Shown: positions 26,680-36,698, counted from the stretch's first letter. The stretch is 56,090 bases of DNA from an uncultured Mariniphaga sp. (GCA_964639655.1 CAZXHP010000005.1:1815-57904); one strand, 5' to 3'. The notes: generated from the letters alone by a model not told the origin. Numbers and translations: made by a program.

Positions 26680-27834
26680 TTAGTTTCCCACCAGCAGTTT
26701 TCTGATTCGGTTGGGAATATCCGTATTGTCCATTATTCCGGTAAATTGTTCAGCACCGGGGCCATAGGCAAAAACAGGAACCATAACTCCCGTGTGGCTT
26801 CCGGTTGGAAATTCGCCTTTTACCATACCGGTTTCGTTGTTGCCATCCACGATAGCCATTCCGCCCGTTTCGTGGTCGGCGGTAACAATTACCAGGGTTT
26901 GTTTGTTGCCGGCCGCAAATTCCAGCGCTTTTCCAACAGCACGGTCGAAGTCCAGCATGTCTTCCACAATATAAATGGTGCTTCCGGCATGTCCGCCCCA
27001 GTCAATCTGCGAACCTTCCACCATTAAAAAGAACCCTTTTTTGTTGTTGCTCAGAATGTTGATAGCTGTATTGGTGGCAACCGGCAGCATATCGCCGCGT
27101 TCGTCCATTCGTCCGTTGTGCTCGGCAGCGGTCAGTCCTGCAAGTTTGCCATCTTTAATGTTTTTTATGGTGTTGATGTCCTCTTCCACGCGGTAGCCTT
27201 TTTGTTCGAGTTCTTCAACCAGGTTACGCCCGTCTTTTCTTTCGGTAAAGTGTTTGTAGCCGCCACCAATAAACACATCGATGTCGGTTTTCAGGAAATC
27301 GGCGGCAATTTCTTCATACATGTTCCGGCTTTCCTGGTGGGCAATAAATGAAGCCGGCGTGGCGTGGGTAATTGCAGAAGTGGATACCAGACCGGTGGCC
27401 AGCCCCTTGTCTTCAGCATCCTGAAGAATGGTTTTTATGGGTTTTTTGTTCACATCTAACCCAATGGCGCCGTTATATGTTTTCTGTCCGGTCGAAAGGG
27501 CAGTCCCTCCGGCAGCCGAGTCGGTAACATATTTATCGGCTGATGAGGTATTGGCAAAACCAACATGTTTAAAGTTTTCCAAATACAGTTTTCCTTTGTT
27601 TGCGGTATAACCCGCCTGAACCTGCGAAACTCCCATTCCGTCGCCGATGAGCAAAATAACGTTTTTCGGGGTTTTGCCTTTAAATTTTTGCGGGAAGATT
27701 TTTACTTCGTGGGTTTCGCCGCCAGTGTAAATTTTTTCATTCGCTTCTGCCTGGGCATCGAGATAATCGTTTTGCGCCATTGTTGTAAATCCGGTAAGTA
27801 GCGCAATAAGTAAAATTAATCCTGTTCGTGTCAT
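26680..27834 (-). CDS. phoA: Alkaline phosphatase (PhoA family), secreted
   Basis: LIGDGMG, VTDSAAGGTA (catalytic Ser), HATPA, MVEGSQIDWGGH, TADHETGG and HTG. Sec signal. Confidence 0.9.
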   Translation of the reverse strand: MTRTGLILLIALLTGFTTMAQNDYLDAQAEANEKIYTGGETHEVKIFPQKFKGKTPKNVILLIGDGMGVSQVQAGYTANKGKLYLENFKHVGFANTSSADKYVTDSAAGGTALSTGQKTYNGAIGLDVNKKPIKTILQDAEDKGLATGLVSTSAITHATPASFIAHQESRNMYEEIAADFLKTDIDVFIGGGYKHFTERKDGRNLVEELEQKGYRVEEDINTIKNIKDGKLAGLTAAEHNGRMDERGDMLPVATNTAINILSNNKKGFFLMVEGSQIDWGGHAGSTIYIVEDMLDFDRAVGKALEFAAGNKQTLVIVTADHETGGMAIVDGNNETGMVKGEFPTGSHTGVMVPVFAYGPGAEQFTGIMDNTDIPNRIRKLLVGN

Positions 27835-27859
27835 TTTTTTAAAATTTGTATTGAGTTCG

Positions 27860-27867
27860 CAAAAATA
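27860..27867 (-). promoter_or_regulatory. -7 element (TATTTTTG) for the alkaline phosphatase gene
   Basis: Plus-strand CAAAAATA about 25 bp upstream of the start codon. Confidence 0.5.
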
Positions 27868-27933
27868 AACATAAAATCAGGCCATATGTTTTGAAATAAA
27901 TAAAAAAGTGTAAAAAGTTTGTTAAAGCGAGAA

Positions 27934-28617
27934 TCATTTGAATTTTTCAATTTCGGCTTTATCGAAATCGCCGTTTAGAGTAAAAACGGTTCCTTCTCGC
28001 GTGGTTTGCATTTTTACCACGTTCATTACCACAAAATTGCTAAGTACTTCTTCAGCTTTTTTCCGGGAGATATGGGCCAGGCGAATAAATTTTGAGTAAG
28101 TAATTTCTTTGTTATTTTGAAGATATTCGATCAGAAATTTTTCATCGTTAGAATAAGAAAAGTGGATGCCTTTCGGACTGTTTTGTTTTTTCCATACCAC
28201 CAGTTGAATGTTGTGGGCTAATACATTTTCGTCGTTTATACGAATGTAGGCCAGCCATTTGCCGCTTTCGTCCTTTGCAAAATGTGGTTTTTTATCGCTG
28301 GGCTGCACCGAAATCTCCAAAACGGTTTTTCCGTCGGAGTTCCATTGTTTGGTAGTAAAACCGATGGGCGGGTTGCTGTAGATTTTTGCTGCTGATTCCA
28401 CCATGTAATATTCTTCATCGGTACTGATGCCCACCACTTTACCATTGTCTTTTACCCCGATTAGTAACCGTCCGCCATCGGTATTGGCAAAGGCCACCAG
28501 CGATTTGGCAATCTTTTTCGAGTCGTTGATGCAGAACTTAAAATCCTGCTGCTGGTGCTCGCCCTCTTCAATTAATTTGTACAGTCCTGTGTTCAAAACT
28601 CCGTTTATTTTAACCAT
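27934..28617 (-). CDS. AlbA_2 (Schlafen-like) domain protein with probable C-terminal winged helix
   Basis: IEEGEHQQQDFK...IAKSLVAFANTDGGRLLIGVKDNGKVVG is the AlbA_2 signature. The C-terminal LIEYLQNNKEITYSKF...SRKKAEEVLS segment is HTH-like. Confidence 0.85.
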   Translation of the reverse strand: MVKINGVLNTGLYKLIEEGEHQQQDFKFCINDSKKIAKSLVAFANTDGGRLLIGVKDNGKVVGISTDEEYYMVESAAKIYSNPPIGFTTKQWNSDGKTVLEISVQPSDKKPHFAKDESGKWLAYIRINDENVLAHNIQLVVWKKQNSPKGIHFSYSNDEKFLIEYLQNNKEITYSKFIRLAHISRKKAEEVLSNFVVMNVVKMQTTREGTVFTLNGDFDKAEIEKFK

Positions 28618-29051
28618 TCAAAGGTAATGTAATGATCGGGAGACATACCCAGTTTTTGGTAAACTTTGTGCGCTGCCGCGTTTGTTTTATCGGCGTACAA
28701 ACGGATGCCCTTCAATCCGGCATTTTCCAGCACAAGGTTTTTCACGTGTTCGTATAACCTGCTGTAAACGCCTTTTCGCCTGAGTTCGGGGACAACATAC
28801 ACCGACTGAATCCATAAAACAGTTCCGTTGCGCCAGTCGCTCCACTCAAAGGTGGTGAGCAGCGAACCTATAACTTTTCCGTTTTTTTCAGCCACGTAAT
28901 AGTTACCTTTGGAAGAATCTTCCAAAACGGCAGCAACTCCTTTTTCCACCGTTTTGTGTTCTAAATCAATTCCTTCCGTTTCTTTGGCCATGGCCAGTTG
29001 AAATTCCAGAATGGAATTAAGGTCTTTTGATTTTGCTTTTCTGACTAACAT
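28605..29051 (-). CDS. GNAT family N-acetyltransferase
   Basis: WIQSVYVVPELRRKGVYSRL acetyl-CoA motif A and NAAAHKVYQKLGM motif B. Overlaps the AlbA_2 gene by 13 nt. Confidence 0.9.
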   Translation of the reverse strand: MLVRKAKSKDLNSILEFQLAMAKETEGIDLEHKTVEKGVAAVLEDSSKGNYYVAEKNGKVIGSLLTTFEWSDWRNGTVLWIQSVYVVPELRRKGVYSRLYEHVKNLVLENAGLKGIRLYADKTNAAAHKVYQKLGMSPDHYITFEWLK

Positions 29052-29134
29052 TTTTCAATTTTATCAGGCGAAAATAATAATTCCGGCTTAAAAGTTTAAT
29101 TCAAAAATAAAATAGTAACATATTGCCGGTTGAG

Positions 29135-29671
29135 ATGAAAAAGACCAAAAGCATGAAAATTGTAGTTGCATCTGAAAATCCGGTAAAATTAAAAGCGGTT
29201 GAAAAAGGATTTAAGGCGTTTTTTAGTGAGGTGGAGATTGAAAGTGTGCTTGCAGGATCGGGTGTGTCCGACCAGCCGTTAACCGACAGGGAAACATTGA
29301 TTGGAGCGCGCAACAGGGCAACGGAAGCCCGGAAAAAAATACACGACGCTGATTTTTGGGTAGGAATTGAAGGTGGAGTTCAGGCCGAAGAAAACGGACT
29401 GACTGCCTTTGCCTGGATTGTAATCTATGGTGCCGGAAGAAAAGGAGAAGCCCGTACGGCCACTTTTTTACTGCCAAAAAAAGTTGGTCATCTGGTTGCC
29501 GGCGGACTTGAGTTGGGCGCAGCCAACGATTTGGTTTTTAGCGCATCCAACTCCAAACAAAAAAACGGAGCAGTAGGGTTACTGACCCACAACCAGATTG
29601 ACCGCACCGAACTTTACCGGCAGGCGGTTATTCTGGCACTCATTCCGTTTGTAAATTCAGGGTTGTACTGA
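29135..29671 (+). CDS. yjjX: Inosine/xanthosine triphosphatase (non-canonical purine NTPase)
   Basis: VASENPVK, SGVSDQP, GARNRA, VGIEGG, ELG, KQKNGAVGLLT and LALIPF. Start is ATG 29135 or 29153. Confidence 0.9.
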   Translation: MKKTKSMKIVVASENPVKLKAVEKGFKAFFSEVEIESVLAGSGVSDQPLTDRETLIGARNRATEARKKIHDADFWVGIEGGVQAEENGLTAFAWIVIYGAGRKGEARTATFLLPKKVGHLVAGGLELGAANDLVFSASNSKQKNGAVGLLTHNQIDRTELYRQAVILALIPFVNSGLY

Positions 29672-29678
29672 AACCGGA

Positions 29679-29999
29679 TTATTTCTTCAAACGTTCAATA
29701 ATTTCTTCAATTTTAATTTTTTCCTCGTGAAGAAGCACCAATTGTAGTTTCTCCTTTTCGAGCAGACTGCTGACCATTGGCCCGACTTCGCCGGTGATAA
29801 TGGTTGAAACACCTTCGTTTTGCAGAAATTTTACCAGCTGAACCCCGCTGTGTTCCGCATTTTTGTAAGGGTTTTCAAGAATACTAAAATGTCCTGTGTC
29901 TGAATTGTATAAGACCACATTTTCGCACTTTCCGAAACGCAAATCGAGAAACGATTTTTCGGATTTGCCGGTTGAAGAGATGGCAACTATTTTACTCAT
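29679..29999 (-). CDS. NifB/NifX (dinitrogenase FeMo-cofactor-binding-like) family small protein
   Basis: Start at ATG 29999 (MSKIVAISSTG). Motifs LDLRFGKC, ENP, G-QLVKFL and IITGEVGP. Confidence 0.75.
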   Translation of the reverse strand: MSKIVAISSTGKSEKSFLDLRFGKCENVVLYNSDTGHFSILENPYKNAEHSGVQLVKFLQNEGVSTIITGEVGPMVSSLLEKEKLQLVLLHEEKIKIEEIIERLKK

Positions 30000-30274
30000 A
30001 TCACTGAAAGTTGTTTTTAATAATAACAAATTAAAACACAAAAGTTTTATTTATTCATTTTCGAACGGTATTCCCGAAATTCTTTTATCATTTTTCCCAT
30101 TGACAATCAGTAAACATGTGTTTTATATTTATGCAAATTAACGAAATTGGTTAAATAAATATCAACCTTTTCTTTTTTTATTTAATTTCGAAAATTATGA
30201 TTTACGGCAAACTATTTTTGCCTGAAAGTTGTTGTGGGAATTGAAATTTTGATTAAAAGTAATTGAAAAATAAA

Positions 30275-31189
30275 ATGGAACACATCATAAAAAAAGTTCT
30301 TGTGCCTGTCGATTTTAATGAACCTTCGGTTCAGGCTGTAAACTATGCCGGAAGCCTGGCCGAAAAAGTTAATGCTGAGGTTTTTTTATTGCATGTAATA
30401 TACACACCCGGCTTGCTGGCACAGTTTTTTTCAGACAGTGATAATTTGGTAAAAATTACCGAACAATCTAAAGAAAAGCTGGTACAACTGGCCGGAATAT
30501 TGAAGGATAAATACCCTGGGATTATTGTGAACACCGGTGTAGAGAGCGGAAAACCTTACGAAAAAATATTGAATAAGTCAGAAGAATGGGGCGCCGGAAT
30601 GGTAATTCTGGGAGAAAACCACCAGTGCGGAAATCCGGAGGATGAATTGGGAACAACGGTATATCACGTCACTTTAAAGTCAAAGGTGCCGGTGATGACC
30701 ATTAAAGGCAATATTTCGGGAATGATGGAAAATATTGTTGTACCATTGGATTTAACGAAAAAAACAAACGAACAGCTGTCGGCAGCACTCTATTATGGAT
30801 TGGAGTATAATGCTGTAATTCACCTGATTTCGGTGTTGGCAGGCGGTATTAAAAAGAAGAAAAGCCGCATTTACAAAAAATTAAAAGAAGCAAAAGAGAC
30901 GCTTGAACTCAACGGAGTTCATTGTAAAATGAAACTTTATAAACGTTCTGAAATACAGCCGTTTAAAAGAGTTTTGGAGTATGCTGACGCCGTTGATGCA
31001 GGAATGATTCTGTTGATGACTCACCAGGAAGGATATACCTACGACAATTATATAGGCGCTTTTGCACACCACATTATGAACCTGTCCAAAGTTTCCGTTT
31101 TAAGTATCACTTCTGTTTCGAACAATCACGATTTTGCGCCTTTTTTTAAAGCTTTGGTGGATCCGATCGGTGTTTTAATAAATAAATAG
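30275..31189 (+). CDS. Universal stress protein (tandem USP domains)
   Basis: KKVLVPVDF...LLHV, GKPYEKI and SKVPVMTI. Second domain NIVVPLDL. TATTTTTG -7 element at 30213-30220. Confidence 0.88.
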   Translation: MEHIIKKVLVPVDFNEPSVQAVNYAGSLAEKVNAEVFLLHVIYTPGLLAQFFSDSDNLVKITEQSKEKLVQLAGILKDKYPGIIVNTGVESGKPYEKILNKSEEWGAGMVILGENHQCGNPEDELGTTVYHVTLKSKVPVMTIKGNISGMMENIVVPLDLTKKTNEQLSAALYYGLEYNAVIHLISVLAGGIKKKKSRIYKKLKEAKETLELNGVHCKMKLYKRSEIQPFKRVLEYADAVDAGMILLMTHQEGYTYDNYIGAFAHHIMNLSKVSVLSITSVSNNHDFAPFFKALVDPIGVLINK

Positions 31190-31192
31190 CAA

Positions 31193-33499
31193 ATGCATTT
31201 GATTTTGATTGTCTTTTTGATTGTATCACTGGGAATTTTTCTGATACCGGAGCGGTTGAAAAACTGGAAGCCTTTTCTGTTAAGCATTGTTCAGGGCGCT
31301 GCTTTTTTCTATTTTGTCGTTCGGATTCCGGAAATTACAACCGCTGAAGCAAAATACCTTTTTTTTGAATGGATTCCGCCGTTGGGCCTGAACTTTGAGT
31401 TTTTGCTCGATGGATTGAGCATGGTATTTGCCCTGCTGGTTACCGGTATTGGTGCACTCATTTTTTTGTATGCCAAAGCTTATATGAAAAGTTACACCGG
31501 TACCGATAAGTTTTACCTGTACCTGATGCTTTTCAGTGCCGCTATGCTCGGTTTAGTATTATCGGCCAACCTCATTCAATTGTTTGTTTTCTGGGAATTA
31601 ACCAGTTTTTTATCCTACTTTTTAATCAGTTTTTTTCACGAAAAAGAATCGGCCCGGAAAGCTGCTTTCCAGTCGTTATATATTACAGGTTTTGGCGGAC
31701 TTGCCATGTTGGCGGGCATTATTCTTTTGGGCAGTGTTGTTGACAGTTATTCACTTCACGACTGGATAAACGGAGCCGAAAGCATCAGGCAAAGTAAATT
31801 TTATCTTCCCGGATTATTGTTGATTCTGACTGGTGTTTTTACCAAATCTGCCCAGTTTCCCTTTCATTTCTGGCTGCCCGGGGCAATGCAGGCGCCTGCT
31901 CCGGTCAGTTCATACCTCCACTCTGCCACCATGGTTAAGGCCGGTATATTTCTGCTTGCCCGACTAAGTCCCGTATTAGGCGGAACAAACGAGTGGATTT
32001 ATATTGTTTCACTGATTGGGGTACTCACCATGCTCACCGGTTCTTATTTTGCCATTACGCAAACCGATTTAAAAGGAATTCTGGCCTACACTACCATCAA
32101 CGCACTGGGGGTGTTGGTTTTACTTTTGGGAATTAATACCGGTGAATCGATAAAAGCAGCTATGCTTTTTTTATTCATTCATGCATTTTACAAGGCAACT
32201 CTTTTTATGGTTGCAGGCCTTATTGAAAAGAAAACAGGTACCCGCGAACTTTCAGAACTTGGCGGACTTGTGAAATATATGCCATTTACATTTATTATCG
32301 CCTTACTTGCTCTGCTCTCGATGGCCGGGTTGCCGCCGTTGCTGGGTTTTTTGGGAAAGGAATTAATTTATGAAGCAAAAGTACAGTCTCCGGGTATTGC
32401 ATCGTTAGTGCTCATTTTGGGTGTAACTTCAAATGTGTTTATGGTGGCTGTGTCGTTGTTTTTTGCCCGTAAAGTGTTTCTTGGGAAACCAAAAACCTAC
32501 AAAAAAAAGCCTGACGAAAAAGGTGCTGCATTTTTAATAGGACCCGGAATACTGGTGTTGCTTAGCCTGGTTTTGGGATTATTCCCGGGTAATCTCGGAA
32601 CAGCTGTTATAAAACCGGCACTTGGTGTAGTTTCAAACGAAATGATTGATGTGAAACTGAAATTGTGGCACGGGTTTAATCAGGTTTTCTTTTTGAGTTT
32701 GCTCACCGTTATCCTTGGACTGCTGCTTTACCGGGCCATGGTAAAAAAGAAAAAGCTGACCGAAACCTGGCGTAAGGTAAACAGCGTGATTTTTTCGGTC
32801 GAGTTGGATGAAGTATTTGCCTGGGTAATGGATAAGTTTGTGAAAATTGCGCAGTTAAAAACAAAAACCGTTCAGCACGGATATCATCGCTTATATATCT
32901 TAACCATAATTGTATTTACTTCCCTTTTGCTGTGGTTTCAGGTATTTGTTATCCGGTCGTGGGAATTTGGGATTCCCTTTTCACTGAAGCCTTTTTATAT
33001 TTCAGGGCTGGCAGTGGTTATTCTCGGAGCTGCCATAACAAGTGCCGTGTCGAGATCTCGGATTGTAACAATCATTTCCATGGGAGTGGCAGGCTATGGT
33101 ATTTCCCTCATTTTTATGTATTACAGCGCCATCGATTTGGCGATAACTCAAATAATTGTTGAAACACTTACCGTGGTTATGTTTATGGCCATTTTACAGC
33201 GACTACCGCGTTTTGCAGTTTTATCTTCCCGACGAACCAGGCTTCGCGATTTTATTATCGCCCTAAGTTTTGGAGCAGTTATGACTATTTTGGCGATAAA
33301 AGCGGTGAATGTAAATCTTAACCCAACCATTTCCGATTTTTTTATTGAAAACAGTTACAGCAGGGCTTTTGGCGAAAATGTGGTGAATGTAATTTTGGTA
33401 GATTTCAGGGCACTCGATACGCTTGGAGAAGTTACAGTGCTTACAATTGCAGCCACCGGTGTTTTTCTTCTTCTGAAAACTAAAAACAAAAAGTTATGA
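31193..33499 (+). CDS. mrpA: Mrp/Mnh Na+/H+ antiporter subunit A
   Basis: FVFWELTS, FTKSAQFPFHFWLPGAMQAPAPVSSYLHSATMVKAG, HAFYKA and NVVNVILVDFRALDTLGE. Confidence 0.96.
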   Translation: MHLILIVFLIVSLGIFLIPERLKNWKPFLLSIVQGAAFFYFVVRIPEITTAEAKYLFFEWIPPLGLNFEFLLDGLSMVFALLVTGIGALIFLYAKAYMKSYTGTDKFYLYLMLFSAAMLGLVLSANLIQLFVFWELTSFLSYFLISFFHEKESARKAAFQSLYITGFGGLAMLAGIILLGSVVDSYSLHDWINGAESIRQSKFYLPGLLLILTGVFTKSAQFPFHFWLPGAMQAPAPVSSYLHSATMVKAGIFLLARLSPVLGGTNEWIYIVSLIGVLTMLTGSYFAITQTDLKGILAYTTINALGVLVLLLGINTGESIKAAMLFLFIHAFYKATLFMVAGLIEKKTGTRELSELGGLVKYMPFTFIIALLALLSMAGLPPLLGFLGKELIYEAKVQSPGIASLVLILGVTSNVFMVAVSLFFARKVFLGKPKTYKKKPDEKGAAFLIGPGILVLLSLVLGLFPGNLGTAVIKPALGVVSNEMIDVKLKLWHGFNQVFFLSLLTVILGLLLYRAMVKKKKLTETWRKVNSVIFSVELDEVFAWVMDKFVKIAQLKTKTVQHGYHRLYILTIIVFTSLLLWFQVFVIRSWEFGIPFSLKPFYISGLAVVILGAAITSAVSRSRIVTIISMGVAGYGISLIFMYYSAIDLAITQIIVETLTVVMFMAILQRLPRFAVLSSRRTRLRDFIIALSFGAVMTILAIKAVNVNLNPTISDFFIENSYSRAFGENVVNVILVDFRALDTLGEVTVLTIAATGVFLLLKTKNKKL

Positions 33500-33912
33500 A
33501 TTCGGTGATTTTACAACTTGCAGCAAAATACCTGAGATGGTTGCTTATTGTGTTTTCCGTTTTGGCACTTATCAGAGGGCACAACAACCCGGGAGGTGGT
33601 TTTATTGGTGGATTGATGGCCGGTTTGGCTGTTGTTTACAGGGGGTTTGCTTATGATGCTTTTCTAATTAAAGAGCGTATGCAGAATTGGCCCGAGTGGA
33701 TGATTGCCGGAGGATTATTTGGTATTTTGCTGAGTTTCCTGCCCTCCCTGTTATCAGGAAAAACCCTGATGGCGGGAGTATGGTTAAAAATACCACTCCC
33801 GCTTATTGGTGAATTAAAACTTGGTTCTCCCTTCCTTTTTGATATAGGAGTATTTTTTACAGTAATTGGTGTAACGCTAATGTTTGTTTTTTCTTTAACA
33901 CAAAAAAGATAA
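33496..33912 (+). CDS. mrpB: Mrp/Mnh antiporter subunit B
   Basis: RGHNNPGGGFIGGL and LFDIGVF. Overlaps mrpA by 4 nt. Confidence 0.95.
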   Translation: MNSVILQLAAKYLRWLLIVFSVLALIRGHNNPGGGFIGGLMAGLAVVYRGFAYDAFLIKERMQNWPEWMIAGGLFGILLSFLPSLLSGKTLMAGVWLKIPLPLIGELKLGSPFLFDIGVFFTVIGVTLMFVFSLTQKR

Positions 33913-34256
33913 TGGAATTACTTTTAGCCATAGTAGTAGGAATTTTATACACTGCCGGAGTTTATTTGATGCTGCGCCGAAGTATATTAAAATTTATTAT
34001 CGGGTTGATTTTTATGAGCAATGCCACCAACCTGCTGGTGTTTCTGTCGGCCGGATTGGTTTCGGGGAGTCCGGTTTTTGTTGACGGCCAAAAAGTGAAT
34101 GCCGGAACAATGGCCGATCCGCTTCCGCAGGCATTGGTGCTTACTGCAATTGTAATCGGCCTGGGAATTGTAGTTTTTACGCTGGCACTTAAATATAAAT
34201 TTTTTGAATTAACCGGCACTGACGATCTTGATCAGTTGAAAAAAACCGACGATTGA
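33912..34256 (+). CDS. mrpC: Mrp/Mnh antiporter subunit C
   Basis: ADPLPQALVLTAIVIG. Confidence 0.95.
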   Translation: MELLLAIVVGILYTAGVYLMLRRSILKFIIGLIFMSNATNLLVFLSAGLVSGSPVFVDGQKVNAGTMADPLPQALVLTAIVIGLGIVVFTLALKYKFFELTGTDDLDQLKKTDD

Positions 34257-35749
34257 TGATAACACTTGTTGCGCTTCCCATATTGATTCCGTTTATGCTC
34301 ATTATCGGCATGCTTATTTGCCGGTCGGATAAACTTGCCCGCTGGCTGGGACCGGTTGCATCGGGGTTGCTGTTACTGCTCTCGGTAATTTTGTTTGTAC
34401 TGGTACAAAAACACGGAGTACTGGCCCTGCAAATGGGAGGGTGGGAGGCCCCGTTCGGAATTACACTCGTGGTGGATTACCTGAGTGCACTTATGCTTAT
34501 TGTTGCAGCTGTGATTCTTTTTGCTGTTGCTGTTTATGCGCTTCATTTTTTACCCGAATCCATCAAAATTAACCGCTTTTTTATCTTTTTTTTCGGGCTT
34601 GCTATGGGAATGAACGGCTCATTTATTACCGGCGACGTATTTAATCTTTTTGTGTGGTTCGAGGTGATGCTGATGTCGTCTTTTGTGCTGATAACCCTGG
34701 GGCGTTCCAAAGAACAGCTCGAGGGCGGAATTAAGTATCTTGCCCTCAATCTGGTCGGGTCGCTTCTTTTTCTGGCAGGGGTAGGGCTACTCTACGGAAA
34801 AACGGGCACGCTGAATATGGCACATTTGGCGCATATACTGAAAAATGACGACCAGGCAATTTTGATGAATACTTCTGCTGTATTGTTTTTTATAGCTTTC
34901 GGAATTAAAGCAGCCGTATTTCCACTCTATTTTTGGTTACCTGCATCGTATCACACTCCCAATATTACCGTTTCATCGTTGTTTGCGGGGTTGCTTACCA
35001 AGGTCGGTGTTTACACGTTCATTCGTTTTTTTACCCTGTTTTTTGTACACGATCCGCAGTTCTGGCACCAGATGTTACTTGTAATTGCAGGGTTGACGAT
35101 GGTTGCCGGAGGGTTGGCTGCAGCGGCGCATTACGAAACCCGTCGTATTCTTTCCTATCATATTATCAGCCAGATAGGTTATATGATAATGGGATTGGGT
35201 ATCTTTACGCCACTTGCCATTGCCGGCGCGGTGTTTTTTACCCTGCACAACATGATTGCCAAAACCAATACATTCTTGGTTTCGGGGATGATAAACAAAG
35301 CAAGGGGCACTTTTGAGCTCAAAGAAATAGGAGGATTGTTCAAAGAGAGTCCGCTCACTGCCATTCTTTTTATAGTTCCCGCTTTTGCCCTGGCCGGCGT
35401 TCCGCCCATTTCGGGGTTTTTTGCTAAATTTATACTTATAAAAGCCGGCATTGAAAATGGTAATTACATCATTACTGCTGTTGCCATCCTTACCGGAATG
35501 CTCACGCTCTATTCCATGATAAAAATATGGAATGAAGCTTTTTTAAAAAAACAACCCGACAATGGTAATCCGGGCAAAAAATACACATTTGGGTTTGCCG
35601 GGTACTTTCCGTCGGTATTGCTGGGAATTATCAGTATTTTAATGGGAGTTTTCGCCATGTATGTTTTTGGTTATACCATGGAAGCTGCCCATCAACTTAT
35701 TAATCCTGATTTGTATATTGAAACGGTTTTGAAAGGGGGAAATCCATGA
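34253..35749 (+). CDS. mrpD: Mrp/Mnh antiporter subunit D
   Basis: TGDVFNLFVWFEVML, KAAVFPLYFWLPASY, LLTKVGVY and AGVPPISGF. Confidence 0.95.
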   Translation: MMITLVALPILIPFMLIIGMLICRSDKLARWLGPVASGLLLLLSVILFVLVQKHGVLALQMGGWEAPFGITLVVDYLSALMLIVAAVILFAVAVYALHFLPESIKINRFFIFFFGLAMGMNGSFITGDVFNLFVWFEVMLMSSFVLITLGRSKEQLEGGIKYLALNLVGSLLFLAGVGLLYGKTGTLNMAHLAHILKNDDQAILMNTSAVLFFIAFGIKAAVFPLYFWLPASYHTPNITVSSLFAGLLTKVGVYTFIRFFTLFFVHDPQFWHQMLLVIAGLTMVAGGLAAAAHYETRRILSYHIISQIGYMIMGLGIFTPLAIAGAVFFTLHNMIAKTNTFLVSGMINKARGTFELKEIGGLFKESPLTAILFIVPAFALAGVPPISGFFAKFILIKAGIENGNYIITAVAILTGMLTLYSMIKIWNEAFLKKQPDNGNPGKKYTFGFAGYFPSVLLGIISILMGVFAMYVFGYTMEAAHQLINPDLYIETVLKGGNP

Positions 35750-36078
35750 AAATAATAAAGAAAATTTATTTTACGCTGGAATTTATAGCGTATTACCTGT
35801 ATAACCTGGCAAAAGCCAATTTATATATTGCCTGGGATATTTTAACACCCAAAATGCACATGAAACCGGCTTTTATGGAAATACCCGTAAAACTGAAATC
35901 TGACTTTGGATTACTGCTTTTCAGTAATTTACTTTCAATGACTCCGGGAACAATAAGTATCGATATTAGCAAAGATAAAAAAACAGTGCAGGTGCATGTT
36001 TTGTATTATACAACTGATGAACTTGTGTTGAGCGAGTTTTTTAGAATGCAGAAAAAAATAGATCGTATAACTGGTTAA
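35746..36078 (+). CDS. mrpE: Mrp/Mnh antiporter subunit E (short form)
   Basis: NLLSMTPGTISID...VHVL and operon position. Confidence 0.92.
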   Translation: MKIIKKIYFTLEFIAYYLYNLAKANLYIAWDILTPKMHMKPAFMEIPVKLKSDFGLLLFSNLLSMTPGTISIDISKDKKTVQVHVLYYTTDELVLSEFFRMQKKIDRITG

Positions 36079-36081
36079 ATT

Positions 36082-36357
36082 ATGGAATACGACATTTCAA
36101 TAGGTGTATTAATTGTTTCGTTTTCGTTTTTGCTGGCTGCTCTGGTGTTAGCCTTTATTCGCCTTTTAAAAGGTCCGTCGATTAACGACCGGGTTGCAGC
36201 CATGGATGTTATAGCCGTTGTGGTTATGGCGTTTATTGTGGTGTACAGCGTTTTAATCGATAACGATATCTACCTGGATTTACCTGTAATTATTTCTTTG
36301 ATTTCCTTTATTGGTACCGTTGCAGTTTCAACCTATTTAAAACACAGACATGGCTAA
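36082..36357 (+). CDS. mrpF: Mrp/Mnh antiporter subunit F
   Basis: RLLKGPSINDRVAAMD and SFIGTVA. Confidence 0.93.
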   Translation: MEYDISIGVLIVSFSFLLAALVLAFIRLLKGPSINDRVAAMDVIAVVVMAFIVVYSVLIDNDIYLDLPVIISLISFIGTVAVSTYLKHRHG

Positions 36358-36649
36358 AATAATTATATCGATATTGCTGCTGGCCGGTTCTTTTTTCATT
36401 TTAATCGCTTCAATCGGCTTAATTCGTTTAAAAGATTTGTATAGCAGGCTGCATGCAGCTACAAAAGCCCCGTCGTTTGGAATATTTTTAATACTGATTG
36501 GAGTTTCGGTTTATTTTAACACGCCAATGGTGTATATCAAAAGTCTGTTTGTGGTGGCTTTTATCTATCTTACTGCACCTCTGGCTGCACATGCCATTCT
36601 AAAATCATTTCGGGAGGAGGATAAAGACAAGCCTGAAAAAAAGCAGTGA
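36350..36649 (+). CDS. mrpG: Mrp/Mnh antiporter subunit G
   Basis: GLIRLKDLYSRLHAATK and LTAPLAAH. Confidence 0.93.
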   Translation: MAKIIISILLLAGSFFILIASIGLIRLKDLYSRLHAATKAPSFGIFLILIGVSVYFNTPMVYIKSLFVVAFIYLTAPLAAHAILKSFREEDKDKPEKKQ

Positions 36650-36698
36650 TTTTGTGTTGTTTCTCTTGAATTTTTAGAACAGCCTTTAAAACTTTTAC

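Noticed and set aside
29679..29999. NifB/NifX-family gene as evidence for nitrogen fixation
   Set aside because: No nif genes are in the window, and this family is widespread in non-diazotrophs.
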